Part shown: positions 1 through 9,440 of the stretch, in pieces
Layout of the letters: every line of letters starts with the position of its first letter
How positions within the stretch are numbered: position 1 is the stretch's first letter
Assembly: GCA_048252855.1 (NCBI GenBank)
Contig: DBEZOM010000120.1
Location: 1 to 41,944 of the forward strand
DNA: 41,944 nt
Reading direction: 5' to 3'
Source: Ruminococcus sp.
Lineage (GTDB): Bacteria > Bacillota > Clostridia > Oscillospirales > Ruminococcaceae
Notes under the pieces: generated by a model
Told to the model about the DNA's origin: nothing
The model's database searches: none
Seen by the model: only the letters and a program-made list of their open reading frames with translations
Made by a program: the position numbers and the translations under genes

Positions 1-1351
1 TGGCGCGCCCGCTATCGATAAGGAGATATTTGAGCTGGGTATCCCCGTGCTGGGTATCTGCTACGGCTCGCAGCTTATGGCGCATACCCTCGGCGGCGAG
101 GTAAAGACCTGCATAACTTCCGAATACGGCAAAACTGAAACTATATATGATAAGGACTGCGTGCTTTTTGGCGCGGATATGCCCGAAAAGGCGATCTCGT
201 GGATGAGCCATACCGACTACATCGCGAAGATCCCCGAGGGCTTCAAGATCACCGCTCACACTGCCAACTGCCCGTGCGCGGCTATGGCGAACGCTGAGAA
301 AAAGCTTTACGCGGTGCAGTTCCACCCTGAGGTAAACCACACCGAGAATGGCCTTGCGATGCTCGACAGCTTCCTTAAAAACGTCTGCGGCTGCAAGGGC
401 GACTGGACAATGGCGAATTACGCCGAAACCGCTATCAAGGAGATACGCGAGAAGGTCGGCGACGGCAAGGTGCTGCTGGCGCTTTCCGGCGGCGTGGACA
501 GCTCGGTGCTCGCGGCGCTGCTCTCAAAGGCTATCGGCAGCCAGCTCACCTGCATATTCGTTGACCACGGCTTCATGCGCAAGAACGAGGGCGACGAGGT
601 AGAAGCGGCGTTCGCCGACTGGGACGTAAACTTTGTCCGCGTGAACGCAAAGGACAGATTTATGGCGAAGCTGAACGGCGTATCCGACCCCGAGACCAAG
701 CGCAAGCTGATCGGCGAGGAGTTTATCCGCGTATTTGAGGCGGAAGCGAAGAAGATCGGCGCGGTAGATTTCTTAGCGCAGGGCACGATATACCCCGACG
801 TTATCGAGTCGGGTTCGGGCGACGCGGCGACCATCAAATCGCACCACAACGTAGGCGGACTGCCCGACTATGTAGATTTCAAGGACATAATCGAGCCGCT
901 GAGAATGTTATTCAAGGACGAAACGAGAAAACTGGGCGAAGAGCTGGGGCTTTCCGACACGCTGGTATGGCGTCAGCCGTTCCCCGGCCCGGGACTTGCG
1001 ATAAGGATCATGGGCGAGATAACTGACGAAAAGCTGACGATACTGCAGGACGCAGACTGGATATTCCGTGAGGAGATCGCGAAAGCGGGTCTGGACAGAA
1101 GCATAGGCCAGTATTTCGCGGTACTGACGAACAACCGCTCGGTAGGCGTAATGGGCGATTTCCGCACCTACGACTACACGCTGGCGCTGAGGGCGGTAAC
1201 GACGACCGACTTCATGACAGCAGATTTCGCGCGCATCCCGTACGAAGTACTGGAGGTATGCTCGGCGAGAATTGTAAACGAGGTAAAGAACATCAACAGG
1301 GTTGTGTATGATGTTACTACAAAGCCGCCGGCTACTATTGAGTGGGAATAA
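1..1351 (+). CDS. guaA: GMP synthase (glutamine-hydrolysing), 5' end outside window
   Basis: Reading frame is open from the window start ([22 protein letters not shown]). GATase motifs GICYG and QFHPE, synthetase P-loop SGGVDS, IKSHHN, C-terminal KPPATIEWE. Confidence 0.98.
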   Translation, partial: GAPAIDKEIFELGIPVLGICYGSQLMAHTLGGEVKTCITSEYGKTETIYDKDCVLFGADMPEKAISWMSHTDYIAKIPEGFKITAHTANCPCAAMANAEKKLYAVQFHPEVNHTENGLAMLDSFLKNVCGCKGDWTMANYAETAIKEIREKVGDGKVLLALSGGVDSSVLAALLSKAIGSQLTCIFVDHGFMRKNEGDEVEAAFADWDVNFVRVNAKDRFMAKLNGVSDPETKRKLIGEEFIRVFEAEAKKIGAVDFLAQGTIYPDVIESGSGDAATIKSHHNVGGLPDYVDFKDIIEPLRMLFKDETRKLGEELGLSDTLVWRQPFPGPGLAIRIMGEITDEKLTILQDADWIFREEIAKAGLDRSIGQYFAVLTNNRSVGVMGDFRTYDYTLALRAVTTTDFMTADFARIPYEVLEVCSARIVNEVKNINRVVYDVTTKPPATIEWE

Positions 1352-1380
1352 TCTGCCCAACTAACACCGATAAAATAAAC

Positions 1381-1421
1381 AAAGAGCTGACTGATCGTAC
1401 CAAAATCAGTCAGCTCTTTTT
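1381..1421 (+). terminator. Rho-independent terminator after guaA
   Basis: aaagagctgactgat-cgtaccaaa-atcagtcagctcttt hairpin with T-run. Confidence 0.85.
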
Positions 1422-1443
1422 ATATGATCTTACACACCTCCCC

Positions 1444-1469
1444 TCAAAATTCTTTAACAGGTATTGAAA
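1444..1469 (+). repeat. 26-bp repeat, copy 1 (inverted copy at 39378-39403)
   Basis: tcaaaattctttaacaggtattgaaa is the exact reverse complement of 39378-39403. Confidence 0.9.
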
Positions 1470-1492
1470 TCTTGTCGGAATTGTGTTATAAT
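1464..1492 (+). promoter_or_regulatory. SigA-type promoter of apgM
   Basis: TTGAAA-17bp-TATAAT with TG extended -10. Confidence 0.75.
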
Positions 1493-1532
1493 GTTTATGA
1501 AGTTTTATACTGCTTTTGAAAGGAAGATACTT

Positions 1533-2744
1533 ATGACAAAATATGTTGTAATGCTCTGCGACGGCATGGCTGATTACCCCGTTGATGAGCTGGGCGGAAA
1601 AAGCCCTATGGAGGCCGCTTATAAGCCTACTATGGATAAGCTGGCTAAGAAAGCTACCGTTGGTCTGGTAAAAAGCGTTGCCGATGGTCTGAAACCCGGC
1701 TCGGACGTCGCTAACCTCTCGATACTCGGTTACGACCCCGCTATCTACTACTCGGGCCGCTCTCCGCTGGAGGCAGGCTCTATCGGCATTGATATGAAGC
1801 CGACCGATGTTTCTTTCCGCTGCAATCTCGTAACCCTCTCCGATGAGGAAAATTACGAGGACAAGACCATTCTCGATTACTGCGCCGACGATATTTCAAC
1901 CGAGGAAGCGCGCATACTGATCGAGTTTTTGGCTCAGCATTTCAACTCCGAAGAGTTTCAGCTTTACGCCGGCGTAAGCTACCGTCACTGCCTTATTTGG
2001 AATCAGGGCACACTCGACGTCGGCACGCTTACCCCGCCGCACGACATCACGGGCAAGCCGATAAAGGAATATATCCCCAGCCACCCCAACGCCGCCAAGC
2101 TTTACGACATGATGGTAAAGAGCTACGATCTGCTGAAAGACCACCCTGTAAACAAGGCGCGTGAGGCAAAGGGCAAGCGTCCCGCAAACTCTATGTGGTT
2201 CTGGGGCGAGGGCGTGCGCAAGTCGCTCATGCCGTTCACCGAAAAGTACGGACTTAAAGGCTCGATAATCTCGGCAGTAGACCTGCTGAAAGGCATCGGC
2301 AAATTCAGCGGAATGAACGTTGTAGAGGTAGAAGGCGCTACGGGCTACATCGACACGAATTTCGAGGGCAAGGCTCAGGCGTGCATCGACGAGCTTGCCA
2401 ACGGTCAGGATTTTGTATACATACACGTTGAAGCTCCCGACGAGTGCGGACACCGCCACGAGATCGAGAACAAAAAGCGCGCGATAGAGCTTATCGACGA
2501 GAAGATACTCACCCCCGTAGTTGCGGCGCTGGAGCAGTACGATGATTACAAGGTGCTTGTATGCCCCGACCACCCGACCCCGCTTTCGCTGAGAACGCAC
2601 ACCAACGACCCCATACCGTTCCTGATCTACCACAAGCAGGGCGAAGTAGAAGGCGTAGACGGCTGGAGCGAAAAGACCGCGGCAGAAACGGGCCTTTTCA
2701 TCAGCGAAGGACACACGCTTATGGAGAAGTTTTTGGGGGAGTGA
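1533..2744 (+). CDS. apgM: Cofactor-independent phosphoglycerate mutase (ApgM type)
   Basis: DGMAD, PGSDVAN, GRSPLEA, HVEAPDECGH and PDHPTP motifs; RBS gaaagga before ATG 1533. Confidence 0.88.
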   Translation: MTKYVVMLCDGMADYPVDELGGKSPMEAAYKPTMDKLAKKATVGLVKSVADGLKPGSDVANLSILGYDPAIYYSGRSPLEAGSIGIDMKPTDVSFRCNLVTLSDEENYEDKTILDYCADDISTEEARILIEFLAQHFNSEEFQLYAGVSYRHCLIWNQGTLDVGTLTPPHDITGKPIKEYIPSHPNAAKLYDMMVKSYDLLKDHPVNKAREAKGKRPANSMWFWGEGVRKSLMPFTEKYGLKGSIISAVDLLKGIGKFSGMNVVEVEGATGYIDTNFEGKAQACIDELANGQDFVYIHVEAPDECGHRHEIENKKRAIELIDEKILTPVVAALEQYDDYKVLVCPDHPTPLSLRTHTNDPIPFLIYHKQGEVEGVDGWSEKTAAETGLFISEGHTLMEKFLGE

Positions 2745-2800
2745 GCTGACGGCTTGAAACTTTCAAAGATCACTGCTAAAAAACTTTTTGCGAATAACTA

Positions 2801-2863
2801 TTGACAAAGGTTAAAATATGATGTATAATGACGTTATAGTGACTGGTCACTATAACGTCATTA
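2801..2863 (+). promoter_or_regulatory. Consensus SigA promoter overlapped by a perfect 38-bp palindrome (putative XRE operator)
   Basis: TTGACA(2801)-17-TATAAT(2824); taatgacgttatagtgac-tg-gtcactataacgtcatta at 2826-2863. Confidence 0.85.
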
Positions 2864-2888
2864 CTTTTTTGAGAAAAGGAGATCTATT

Positions 2889-3677
2889 ATGAGCGTCAAA
2901 ACAGCAGCGGGAAGCGCAGAACTGGGCGAGGAGATCAGAGAGCGCCGAAACGAACTTGGACTTACGATCGAGGAAGCGGCGGCTAAGGCAGGCGTTGGTT
3001 CTAAAACATGGAGCAGGTATGAAGCAGGCGGCTCTATACGAAACGATAAAATATCAGGGATATGCAAAGTTCTGAAATGGAAAGCACTTCCTGACACTGA
3101 GATAGATGAAGACGCATTTAATATTGATGTTTATAAAGATCACGAAGCGTGGTCGGAAAATCTTGCTAAAAATTACGGTCTTGGCGCAGCTCTTTCTTTT
3201 GCTATGGGCAGTGATCTTTTGTATGATGATATACGGGAAGACCTTGACGCTCTTGCAAAAATGCCAAAGGGAACTCATATAGGAGAATTGGGTATTTCAT
3301 ATATGATAGAGCTTTTGCCGGAACAGTTTCTTATGAATTATGATTATGACTTTTTATTTCTTATGCGAAGCCGAGTGGAGGAGTTTCGCAGAATAGCTAA
3401 AAACGGCGGAGATCTGATGGCTCATACTGTTTTAGACGAGATCGTACTATACAGCATCATGCAAGAAGCCGGATATATGATAGAAGAAATAGTCCTTCCC
3501 CATCTGCCGTCTGATAAGATAGATGATTATACTGCATGGGATGATTGGGTGTTTGATATATTTGGTGACGCTGATGTAGTAACCGTTTTGTACTCAGACA
3601 TATTCTTCTATGTGACAGAGGATAATAGATACCATTTCAAAAATTGGTATAAAGAACAGTTTTATTGCGACATATAA
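2889..3677 (+). CDS. XRE-family HTH protein with an unassigned acidic C-terminal domain
   Basis: N-terminal IRERRNELGLTIEEAAAKAGVGSKTWSRYEAG; RBS aaggag; AT-rich relative to flanks. Confidence 0.85.
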   Translation: MSVKTAAGSAELGEEIRERRNELGLTIEEAAAKAGVGSKTWSRYEAGGSIRNDKISGICKVLKWKALPDTEIDEDAFNIDVYKDHEAWSENLAKNYGLGAALSFAMGSDLLYDDIREDLDALAKMPKGTHIGELGISYMIELLPEQFLMNYDYDFLFLMRSRVEEFRRIAKNGGDLMAHTVLDEIVLYSIMQEAGYMIEEIVLPHLPSDKIDDYTAWDDWVFDIFGDADVVTVLYSDIFFYVTEDNRYHFKNWYKEQFYCDI

Positions 3678-3721
3678 TCAGAACGTTTTATGCTGTATTT
3701 ATAAAAAGGCGGTGACCCCAA

Positions 3722-3925
3722 ATGACCTACAAAATAAAAGAAATAACCGAAGAGGACTACGGCTGCGAGGGCGTTCCTGAGGGCGGCGAACTCATGTGCA
3801 GTGTGCTGGTAGACGGCGCGGACGGCGAAAAATGGCTGCGTATCGCTGATAGACTGCTGCGCGAAAACGCGCTCGATGTCGGCAGCCGGGTGGACGAGGC
3901 GGCTTTGCGCAAGCTGATGGCATAA
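3722..3925 (+). CDS. Small hypothetical protein (67 aa)
   Basis: RBS-like aaggcggtga; host-like codon usage; fills the gap between the XRE gene and sigK. Confidence 0.7.
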   Translation: MTYKIKEITEEDYGCEGVPEGGELMCSVLVDGADGEKWLRIADRLLRENALDVGSRVDEAALRKLMA

Positions 3926-3926
3926 T

Positions 3927-3956
3927 GTCATAATTTTCCGCGCGGCGGCATATGCT
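3927..3956 (+). promoter_or_regulatory. Putative SigE-dependent promoter of sigK
   Basis: gtcATA-16bp-CATAtgcT fits the SigE consensus; sigK is SigE-transcribed in characterised spore formers. Confidence 0.55.
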
Positions 3957-3990
3957 TCTTTTATAATGGTATTAAGAGAGGTGTATCGTC

Positions 3991-4686
3991 ATGATCGAGC
4001 TGCTGATACAGCTTTTTTCGCAGAGATTTTTGCTCTTCGCACTGCATTTCGAGGGCGGCGGCAAATTCCCGAAACCGCTCTCGGCTAAGGAGGAGCGCGA
4101 ATGTTTTGAAAAAATGGCGCAGGGCGACCCCGCCGCGCGCGAAAAACTCATCAGCCATAACCTGCGGCTGGTCGCGCATATCGTCAAAAAATACGGCTGC
4201 CCGCCAGGCGAGAGCGACGACCTTATCTCTATCGGTACTATCGGGCTGATAAAAGCGGTCGGCACTTTCGACCACACTAAAGGGTGCAGGTTCGCGACGT
4301 ATGGTTCTCGCTGCGTGGAAAACGAAATTCTGATGCATTTCCGCTCTGCAAAAAAACTATCCGCTGAGGTGCATTTCGACGAACCTGTCGATACCGATAA
4401 AAACGGCAACTGCCTTACGCTGATGGATATTATCGCCGATGACGAAATGCCGGTGGAGGATAAATGCGGGCTGAGGAGCGACCTTATGCGGCTGGAAAAC
4501 TGCCTGCGCACCGAGCTTGAACAGCGCGAACGCGAGATAGTCGTGATGCGCTACGGCTTGGGCAAAAGCCCGCCGCTCACTCAGCGCGAAACGGCGAAAC
4601 TGCTCGGTATCTCGCGCTCTTACGTTTCGCGGATAGAGAAAAAAGCTCTGCAAAAGCTTCGCGCCGCTATGGAAACGCCATGCTGA
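3991..4686 (+). CDS. sigK: Sporulation sigma factor, pro-SigK-like, uninterrupted
   Basis: Hydrophobic pro-sequence, FPKPLS, HNLRLVAHIVKKY, DDLISIGTIGLIKAV, TQRE and GISRSYVSRIEKKAL. Confidence 0.88.
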   Translation: MIELLIQLFSQRFLLFALHFEGGGKFPKPLSAKEERECFEKMAQGDPAAREKLISHNLRLVAHIVKKYGCPPGESDDLISIGTIGLIKAVGTFDHTKGCRFATYGSRCVENEILMHFRSAKKLSAEVHFDEPVDTDKNGNCLTLMDIIADDEMPVEDKCGLRSDLMRLENCLRTELEQREREIVVMRYGLGKSPPLTQRETAKLLGISRSYVSRIEKKALQKLRAAMETPC

Positions 4687-4845
4687 AAAGCGCGTGAACG
4701 CGGCGTGAAATTGGGGCTGGGGTATTGCAATGCGCGTCAAAATGTGTTATAATGTAATCTGACAGCACGGGAAATGCGCTGTATCTATAAAATATTGACA
4801 AAAGAATATCAAAATAACAGAATATGTAAAGGACGGTTTTTCATC

Positions 4846-6282
4846 ATGACAAATTCTTACGAAAGCCCTTTCTGCACTCGCTACGCCAGCAAGGAAATGC
4901 AGTATATTTTCTCGGCGGATAAGAAATTCACTACCTGGAGAAAGCTCTGGGTGGCGCTTGCAAGAGCTGAGATGCAGCTTGGCCTGCCCGTAACTCAGGA
5001 GCAGGTAGATGAGCTTGAGGCTAACGTTGATAATATCGACTACGAGGTAGCCGCCGCGCGCGAAAAGGTAGTTCGCCACGACGTTATGGCGCACGTTTAC
5101 ACCTACGGCAAGGTTTGCCCTAAGGCGGCGGGAATCATCCACCTCGGCGCTACTTCCTGCTACGTTGGCGACAACACCGACGTTATCATCATGCGCGACG
5201 CTATGCAGGTGGTAAAGAGAAAGCTGGTAAAGGTAATTTCGCAGCTCGCTGAATTTGCCGATAAGTACAAGGCTATGCCCTGCCTCGCTTACACCCACCT
5301 CCAGCCCGCACAGCTCACCACAGTAGGCAAGCGCGCTACCCTTTGGTGCAACGAACTGCTCACCGACCTCGAAAACCTCGATTTCCAGATCTCGAAGCTG
5401 AAACTGCTCGGCTCTAAGGGCACTACCGGCACGCAGGCTTCCTTCATGGAGCTTTTTGAGGGCGATACCGAAAAGGTAAAGAAGCTTGAAAAGCTGATAG
5501 CTGAGGAGATGGGCTTTGACGCAGTAGTACCCGTTTCGGGCCAGACCTACTCGCGCAAGGTGGATTACAACGTTTGCTCGGTAGTCGCTGGCATAGCTCA
5601 GTCGGCTATGAAATTTGCCAACGATATAAGAATACTCCAGTCCTTCAAGGAGATAGAAGAGCCTTTTGAAAAGAACCAGATCGGCTCTTCCGCTATGGCT
5701 TACAAGCGCAATCCTATGCGCGACGAGCGTATCTGCGCGCTGGCGAGATACGTTATGTGTGATGTGCTCAACCCCGCTTTCACCGCAGGTACGCAGTGGT
5801 TCGAGCGCACCCTCGACGACTCCGCAAACAAGCGTATCTCCGTAGCTGAGGCGTTCCTCGGCGTTGACTCTATACTGAATATCATGCTCAACGTCACCGA
5901 CCCCGAAAACGGTCTGGTAGTATACGACAAGATAATTCGTCGCAGAGTAATGGCAGAGCTGCCCTTTATGGCTACTGAAAACATCATGATGGACGCTGTA
6001 AAGAAGGGCGGAAACCGTCAGGAGCTTCACGAGAAGATCCGCGAATACTCTATGGTAGCGGGCGCGAACGTAAAGCGCGAGGGTCTTGACAACAACCTCT
6101 GCGACCTCATTCTCGCCGACCCGATGTTTATGATAACCAAGGAAGAAATGGACGCTATAATGAAGCCCGAAAACTTCATCGGCAGATGCCCGCAGCAGGT
6201 GGAAGAGTTCATAGCTGAGTGCGTAAAGCCGGTGCTCGACGAAAACGGCGTTTCCGACGATACCGCAGAAATAAACGTGTGA
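4846..6282 (+). CDS. purB: Adenylosuccinate lyase
   Basis: RHDVMAH, HLGATS, THLQPAQ, SSAMAYKRNP signature; RBS aaagga before ATG 4846. Confidence 0.96.
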   Translation: MTNSYESPFCTRYASKEMQYIFSADKKFTTWRKLWVALARAEMQLGLPVTQEQVDELEANVDNIDYEVAAAREKVVRHDVMAHVYTYGKVCPKAAGIIHLGATSCYVGDNTDVIIMRDAMQVVKRKLVKVISQLAEFADKYKAMPCLAYTHLQPAQLTTVGKRATLWCNELLTDLENLDFQISKLKLLGSKGTTGTQASFMELFEGDTEKVKKLEKLIAEEMGFDAVVPVSGQTYSRKVDYNVCSVVAGIAQSAMKFANDIRILQSFKEIEEPFEKNQIGSSAMAYKRNPMRDERICALARYVMCDVLNPAFTAGTQWFERTLDDSANKRISVAEAFLGVDSILNIMLNVTDPENGLVVYDKIIRRRVMAELPFMATENIMMDAVKKGGNRQELHEKIREYSMVAGANVKREGLDNNLCDLILADPMFMITKEEMDAIMKPENFIGRCPQQVEEFIAECVKPVLDENGVSDDTAEINV

Positions 6283-6369
6283 TTCGGAGATACTTTACAA
6301 ACAAATAACTATCACCTCGTGCCGTGCAGGAAGCTTGAACCTGCGCGGCACGGGTTTAAGGTAAACATA

Positions 6370-7542
6370 ATGACAGAATTTCTGGTAAAGCGCTTTGTGA
6401 AAAACAGCGGCGAAGTTACCGACGCTAAAGTGCGCGAGCGCTACGGCACGCTTTCGGGCGGGGTGGGCATCGCCTGCAACATCGCGCTTTTCGCGCTGAA
6501 ATACGTTATCGGCACGCTTTCGCACTCCATCTCGGTCATATCAGACGCTTTCAACAATCTTTCCGACTGCGCGAGCTGCGTTATGACGCTTTTCGGCTAC
6601 AAAATGGCGGCGAAGCCCGCCGATAAAGACCACCCGTTCGGCCACGGCAGAATGGAGTACCTCACTTCGCTGACGATAGCCGTAGTGATACTTGCGGTGG
6701 GGCTGGAGCTTTTGAAAAGCTCGGTGATGAAGATAATCCACCCCGCCGATACGGTGTTCAGCCTGCCGATACTCATTTCGCTTGCGATCTCGATAGGCGT
6801 GAAGCTTTGGATGAGCGTTTTTAATACAAAACTTGGTAAGCGGATAAACAGCTCGGTTATGCTGGCGACGGCTAAGGACAGCCGCAGCGACGTGCTCGCG
6901 ACCTCGGCAGCGGCGGCGGGCCTGATACTTTCCGCAGTAACGCCCCTGCCGATGGACGGCATAATGGGCGCGGCGGTCTCGCTCTTCGTGCTCGCTTCGG
7001 GCTTCGAGATAGTTCGCGGCACGGTAGACCTGCTTATCGGCAAGCCCGCCGATCCCGAGCTTTGCGAGAAGATACGCGCGCTGGCGCTGGAGGACGAGCG
7101 AATAATCGGTCTGCACGATATGGTGATACACGATTACGGCCCCGGCAACAAGCTCGGCTCGCTGCACGCGGAGGTGCGCAGCGACGAGGATTTTCCGCAG
7201 ATACACGACCTGGTAGACTGCATCGAGCGGCGGATCTTCAGCGAGCTGAACGTGCGCATGACGATACACATGGACCCGATAGACGTTGACAACGAGCAGG
7301 TAAACGCCTGCAAAGAGATGGTGCGCGGGGTGATAAAGCAGCTTGACGAGCGCCTGCATATCCACGATTTCAGGCTGGTGAGCGGCGAAACGCACACAAA
7401 CGTCATCTTTGATCTGGTAGTGCCCTTCGACTGCCGCTATACTGACGAGCAGCTGAAATTCTACATAGATACAGAGTTGGAAAAAGAAGATAAAAATTAC
7501 TACACGGTGATAACCTTCGACAGGGATTTTCAGCAATCCTAA
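6370..7542 (+). CDS. Cation diffusion facilitator (CDF) family transporter
   Basis: SDAFNNLSD, KPADKDHPFGHGRMEY, DSRSD, C-terminal HDYG...IHMDP domain. Confidence 0.92.
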   Translation: MTEFLVKRFVKNSGEVTDAKVRERYGTLSGGVGIACNIALFALKYVIGTLSHSISVISDAFNNLSDCASCVMTLFGYKMAAKPADKDHPFGHGRMEYLTSLTIAVVILAVGLELLKSSVMKIIHPADTVFSLPILISLAISIGVKLWMSVFNTKLGKRINSSVMLATAKDSRSDVLATSAAAAGLILSAVTPLPMDGIMGAAVSLFVLASGFEIVRGTVDLLIGKPADPELCEKIRALALEDERIIGLHDMVIHDYGPGNKLGSLHAEVRSDEDFPQIHDLVDCIERRIFSELNVRMTIHMDPIDVDNEQVNACKEMVRGVIKQLDERLHIHDFRLVSGETHTNVIFDLVVPFDCRYTDEQLKFYIDTELEKEDKNYYTVITFDRDFQQS

Positions 7543-7574
7543 AGGAAAAAACTGCTAAGACGAAAGGAGAAAAA

Positions 7575-8360
7575 ATGAGAAAGGATACTATTAAAAAGAT
7601 AGCCGCTTTTTGCGCGGCATTTGCGATGATGACGGCGGCGGGCTGCGGATATATCGAAGATCTGCCCGCGGAGGAAGGCTCGGGCGCTGACTCTTCGGTG
7701 GCTGAAACGGTGGACAACGCCGAGGAAAGTGCGGCGGACGATACCGAAGAGAGCGCTGCTGAGGAGAATACTGAAAGCGTGGAAGATACCGAAAGCGCGG
7801 CAGATGAGAGCGTAGAAAGCACCGACGAAGCGGAAGATTCGCAGGCGGAGGACGACGCGCAGGCGGGCAACGTTTATACCAACGAGGAGTTTGGCTTCAG
7901 TCTGCCGCTGCCCGATGGCGCGGAGTATAACGAGTACGATGCCGAGCTTCAACCCTCTTTCGACGACGACGCGGTGCAGTTCCGCCCGCTGATGGAAACG
8001 ATGATCTCGGACAACACAAACATGGCGGTGCAGCTTTGGAACACGCAGGAAACGCTTGACGATCTCGTTCAGGCGCGCCGCGACTACGTTGACAACACAA
8101 ATTCGCAGGCGGAAGAGCTGAAAGCCGAGGGCAGGCCATACGACACGGCGGAGCTGCTGGAGGTTTCTGACGCGGCGGTCGGCGGCGTGGAAGCGCGCAT
8201 TGTCACCGAAAGGCTCGACGGCTCAAACGGCACATTCTACACCGTGCGCGCCTACTATTCGCTCGGCGGCGGCAATTACATCTACATTCAGGGCAACTGC
8301 TACGATGAAGCCGCGATGGCTCAGCTAAAGACCTGCGCCGAGGGCTTTGTGAAAAACTGA
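7575..8360 (+). CDS. Putative lipoprotein with acidic low-complexity linker
   Basis: Signal peptide ending TAAG-C (lipobox-like); E/D/S/A-rich linker; RBS aaaggag. Confidence 0.8.
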   Translation: MRKDTIKKIAAFCAAFAMMTAAGCGYIEDLPAEEGSGADSSVAETVDNAEESAADDTEESAAEENTESVEDTESAADESVESTDEAEDSQAEDDAQAGNVYTNEEFGFSLPLPDGAEYNEYDAELQPSFDDDAVQFRPLMETMISDNTNMAVQLWNTQETLDDLVQARRDYVDNTNSQAEELKAEGRPYDTAELLEVSDAAVGGVEARIVTERLDGSNGTFYTVRAYYSLGGGNYIYIQGNCYDEAAMAQLKTCAEGFVKN

Positions 8361-8367
8361 TTTGCAT

Positions 8368-8407
8368 AAAAATACCGCTGTTCGGTTTGGTACGGACAGC
8401 GGTTTTT
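8368..8407. terminator. Bidirectional terminator between convergent genes
   Basis: accgctgttcg...cggacagcggt stem flanked by A- and T-runs. Confidence 0.7.
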
Positions 8408-8432
8408 GTTTTTGGTTTTACAGTTGGGTGGT

Positions 8433-8732
8433 TTAGTCGGCAGTAACATCGCCGCAAAGCCTATCGGTAACGATGTCGGCGCAGCGCTCGCGGTGGGCGA
8501 CGTGCAGAGGGTGGTCTTTAAACGCGGCAAGCGCCTGCGCGTCGGTAAATTCCGAGTAGAAAACCAGGTCGTAGCCGTCCGCGGTGTTCGCCCCGATCTC
8601 GGCGCGGATAAGCCCCTCGATATGCCCGTTCATCGTCGCTACCGAGCGCTGTAAAAACTCGAGCGACTGCTTCTCACTATGCTCAGTTTTGACCTTTTCT
8701 GTAAAATTCCAGAATAAAATATGCCTTATCAT
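8433..8732 (-). CDS. Dabb (stress-responsive alpha/beta barrel) family protein
   Basis: MIRHILFW...YDLVFYSEF...FKDHPLH pattern; RBS aggag; upstream TTGACT-17-TATAAT. Confidence 0.85.
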   Translation of the reverse strand: MIRHILFWNFTEKVKTEHSEKQSLEFLQRSVATMNGHIEGLIRAEIGANTADGYDLVFYSEFTDAQALAAFKDHPLHVAHRERCADIVTDRLCGDVTAD

Positions 8733-8835
8733 AAAAAATTCTCCTAACATACGTTTTTATAAATTATACCACAAAACGCGGCGCAAGTCAATTTTGAACA
8801 AATCGCGCGGCGAAGTCGGCTAAAATTTGAACACA

Positions 8836-8885
8836 AAAAAGCACCCCGCACCGTGCATTTTGCCGCACGATACGGGGTACTTTTG
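8836..8885. terminator. Terminator-like hairpin downstream of the 9238-8939 gene
   Basis: aaaaaagcaccccg...cggggtacttttt. Confidence 0.6.
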
Positions 8886-8938
8886 GGCTTTCGCCCGCTG
8901 TATTTGAAAAGGGATTATGTGGAAGGCTTGTTAAAAAG

Positions 8939-9238
8939 TCAGAAGATGTCGCCGAAAATATCGTCGAAAACGTCCTCTTCGTCGCGCTTTTCGCAGCCGA
9001 AAAATCTGCTGTGGATAAGCTCGTCCGCCGCGACGATGAGCGCTACCCCCGCGCCCGTGCAGGCAAGCGCCGCACCCTCGCTGCCGCTGCCCATCTGCCG
9101 AAAAGCCGCCAGCCCGAAAGCTATCGCCGCCGCGAACATCGCTATCAGCAGCGCCGCCGCTACGCCGTTTACCCCGCCCGCAGCTTTTTTAGCAGGCTCG
9201 CCCGATGCGTTTGATTTGTACGAATTGTAAATTTTCAT
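8939..9238 (-). CDS. Small hypothetical membrane protein (two hydrophobic segments)
   Basis: RBS ggagg 7 nt before ATG; two Ala-rich hydrophobic stretches and an acidic tail. Confidence 0.65.
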   Translation of the reverse strand: MKIYNSYKSNASGEPAKKAAGGVNGVAAALLIAMFAAAIAFGLAAFRQMGSGSEGAALACTGAGVALIVAADELIHSRFFGCEKRDEEDVFDDIFGDIF

Positions 9239-9440
9239 GACATTTCCTCCCTTATACGCCGCTCTGCTTTGGGCGGCTCGCGTTGTTTTCTCTTTGCTAT
9301 GTCTATATTATAGCACGTTTGATGTGTCAAAATCGGGACAATTAAAAATGCGCGCGAAATTTGTCCGCATAGTTGAAAAACGTTAAAAAATATGGTATAA
9401 TACTAAAGATAATACGGCTATCCGTTACAGGAGGGATACC

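Noticed and set aside
1300..1470. Integrated island or prophage at the guaA 3' end (a known integration hotspot)
   Set aside because: No integrase follows and I saw no duplicated guaA 3' end in the window. A slight shift to T-ending codons in the last guaA codons is too weak on its own.
4754..4845. Purine or ZTP riboswitch upstream of purB
   Set aside because: Only a short acagc...gctgt hairpin; the conserved aptamer motifs and an expression-platform terminator are absent.
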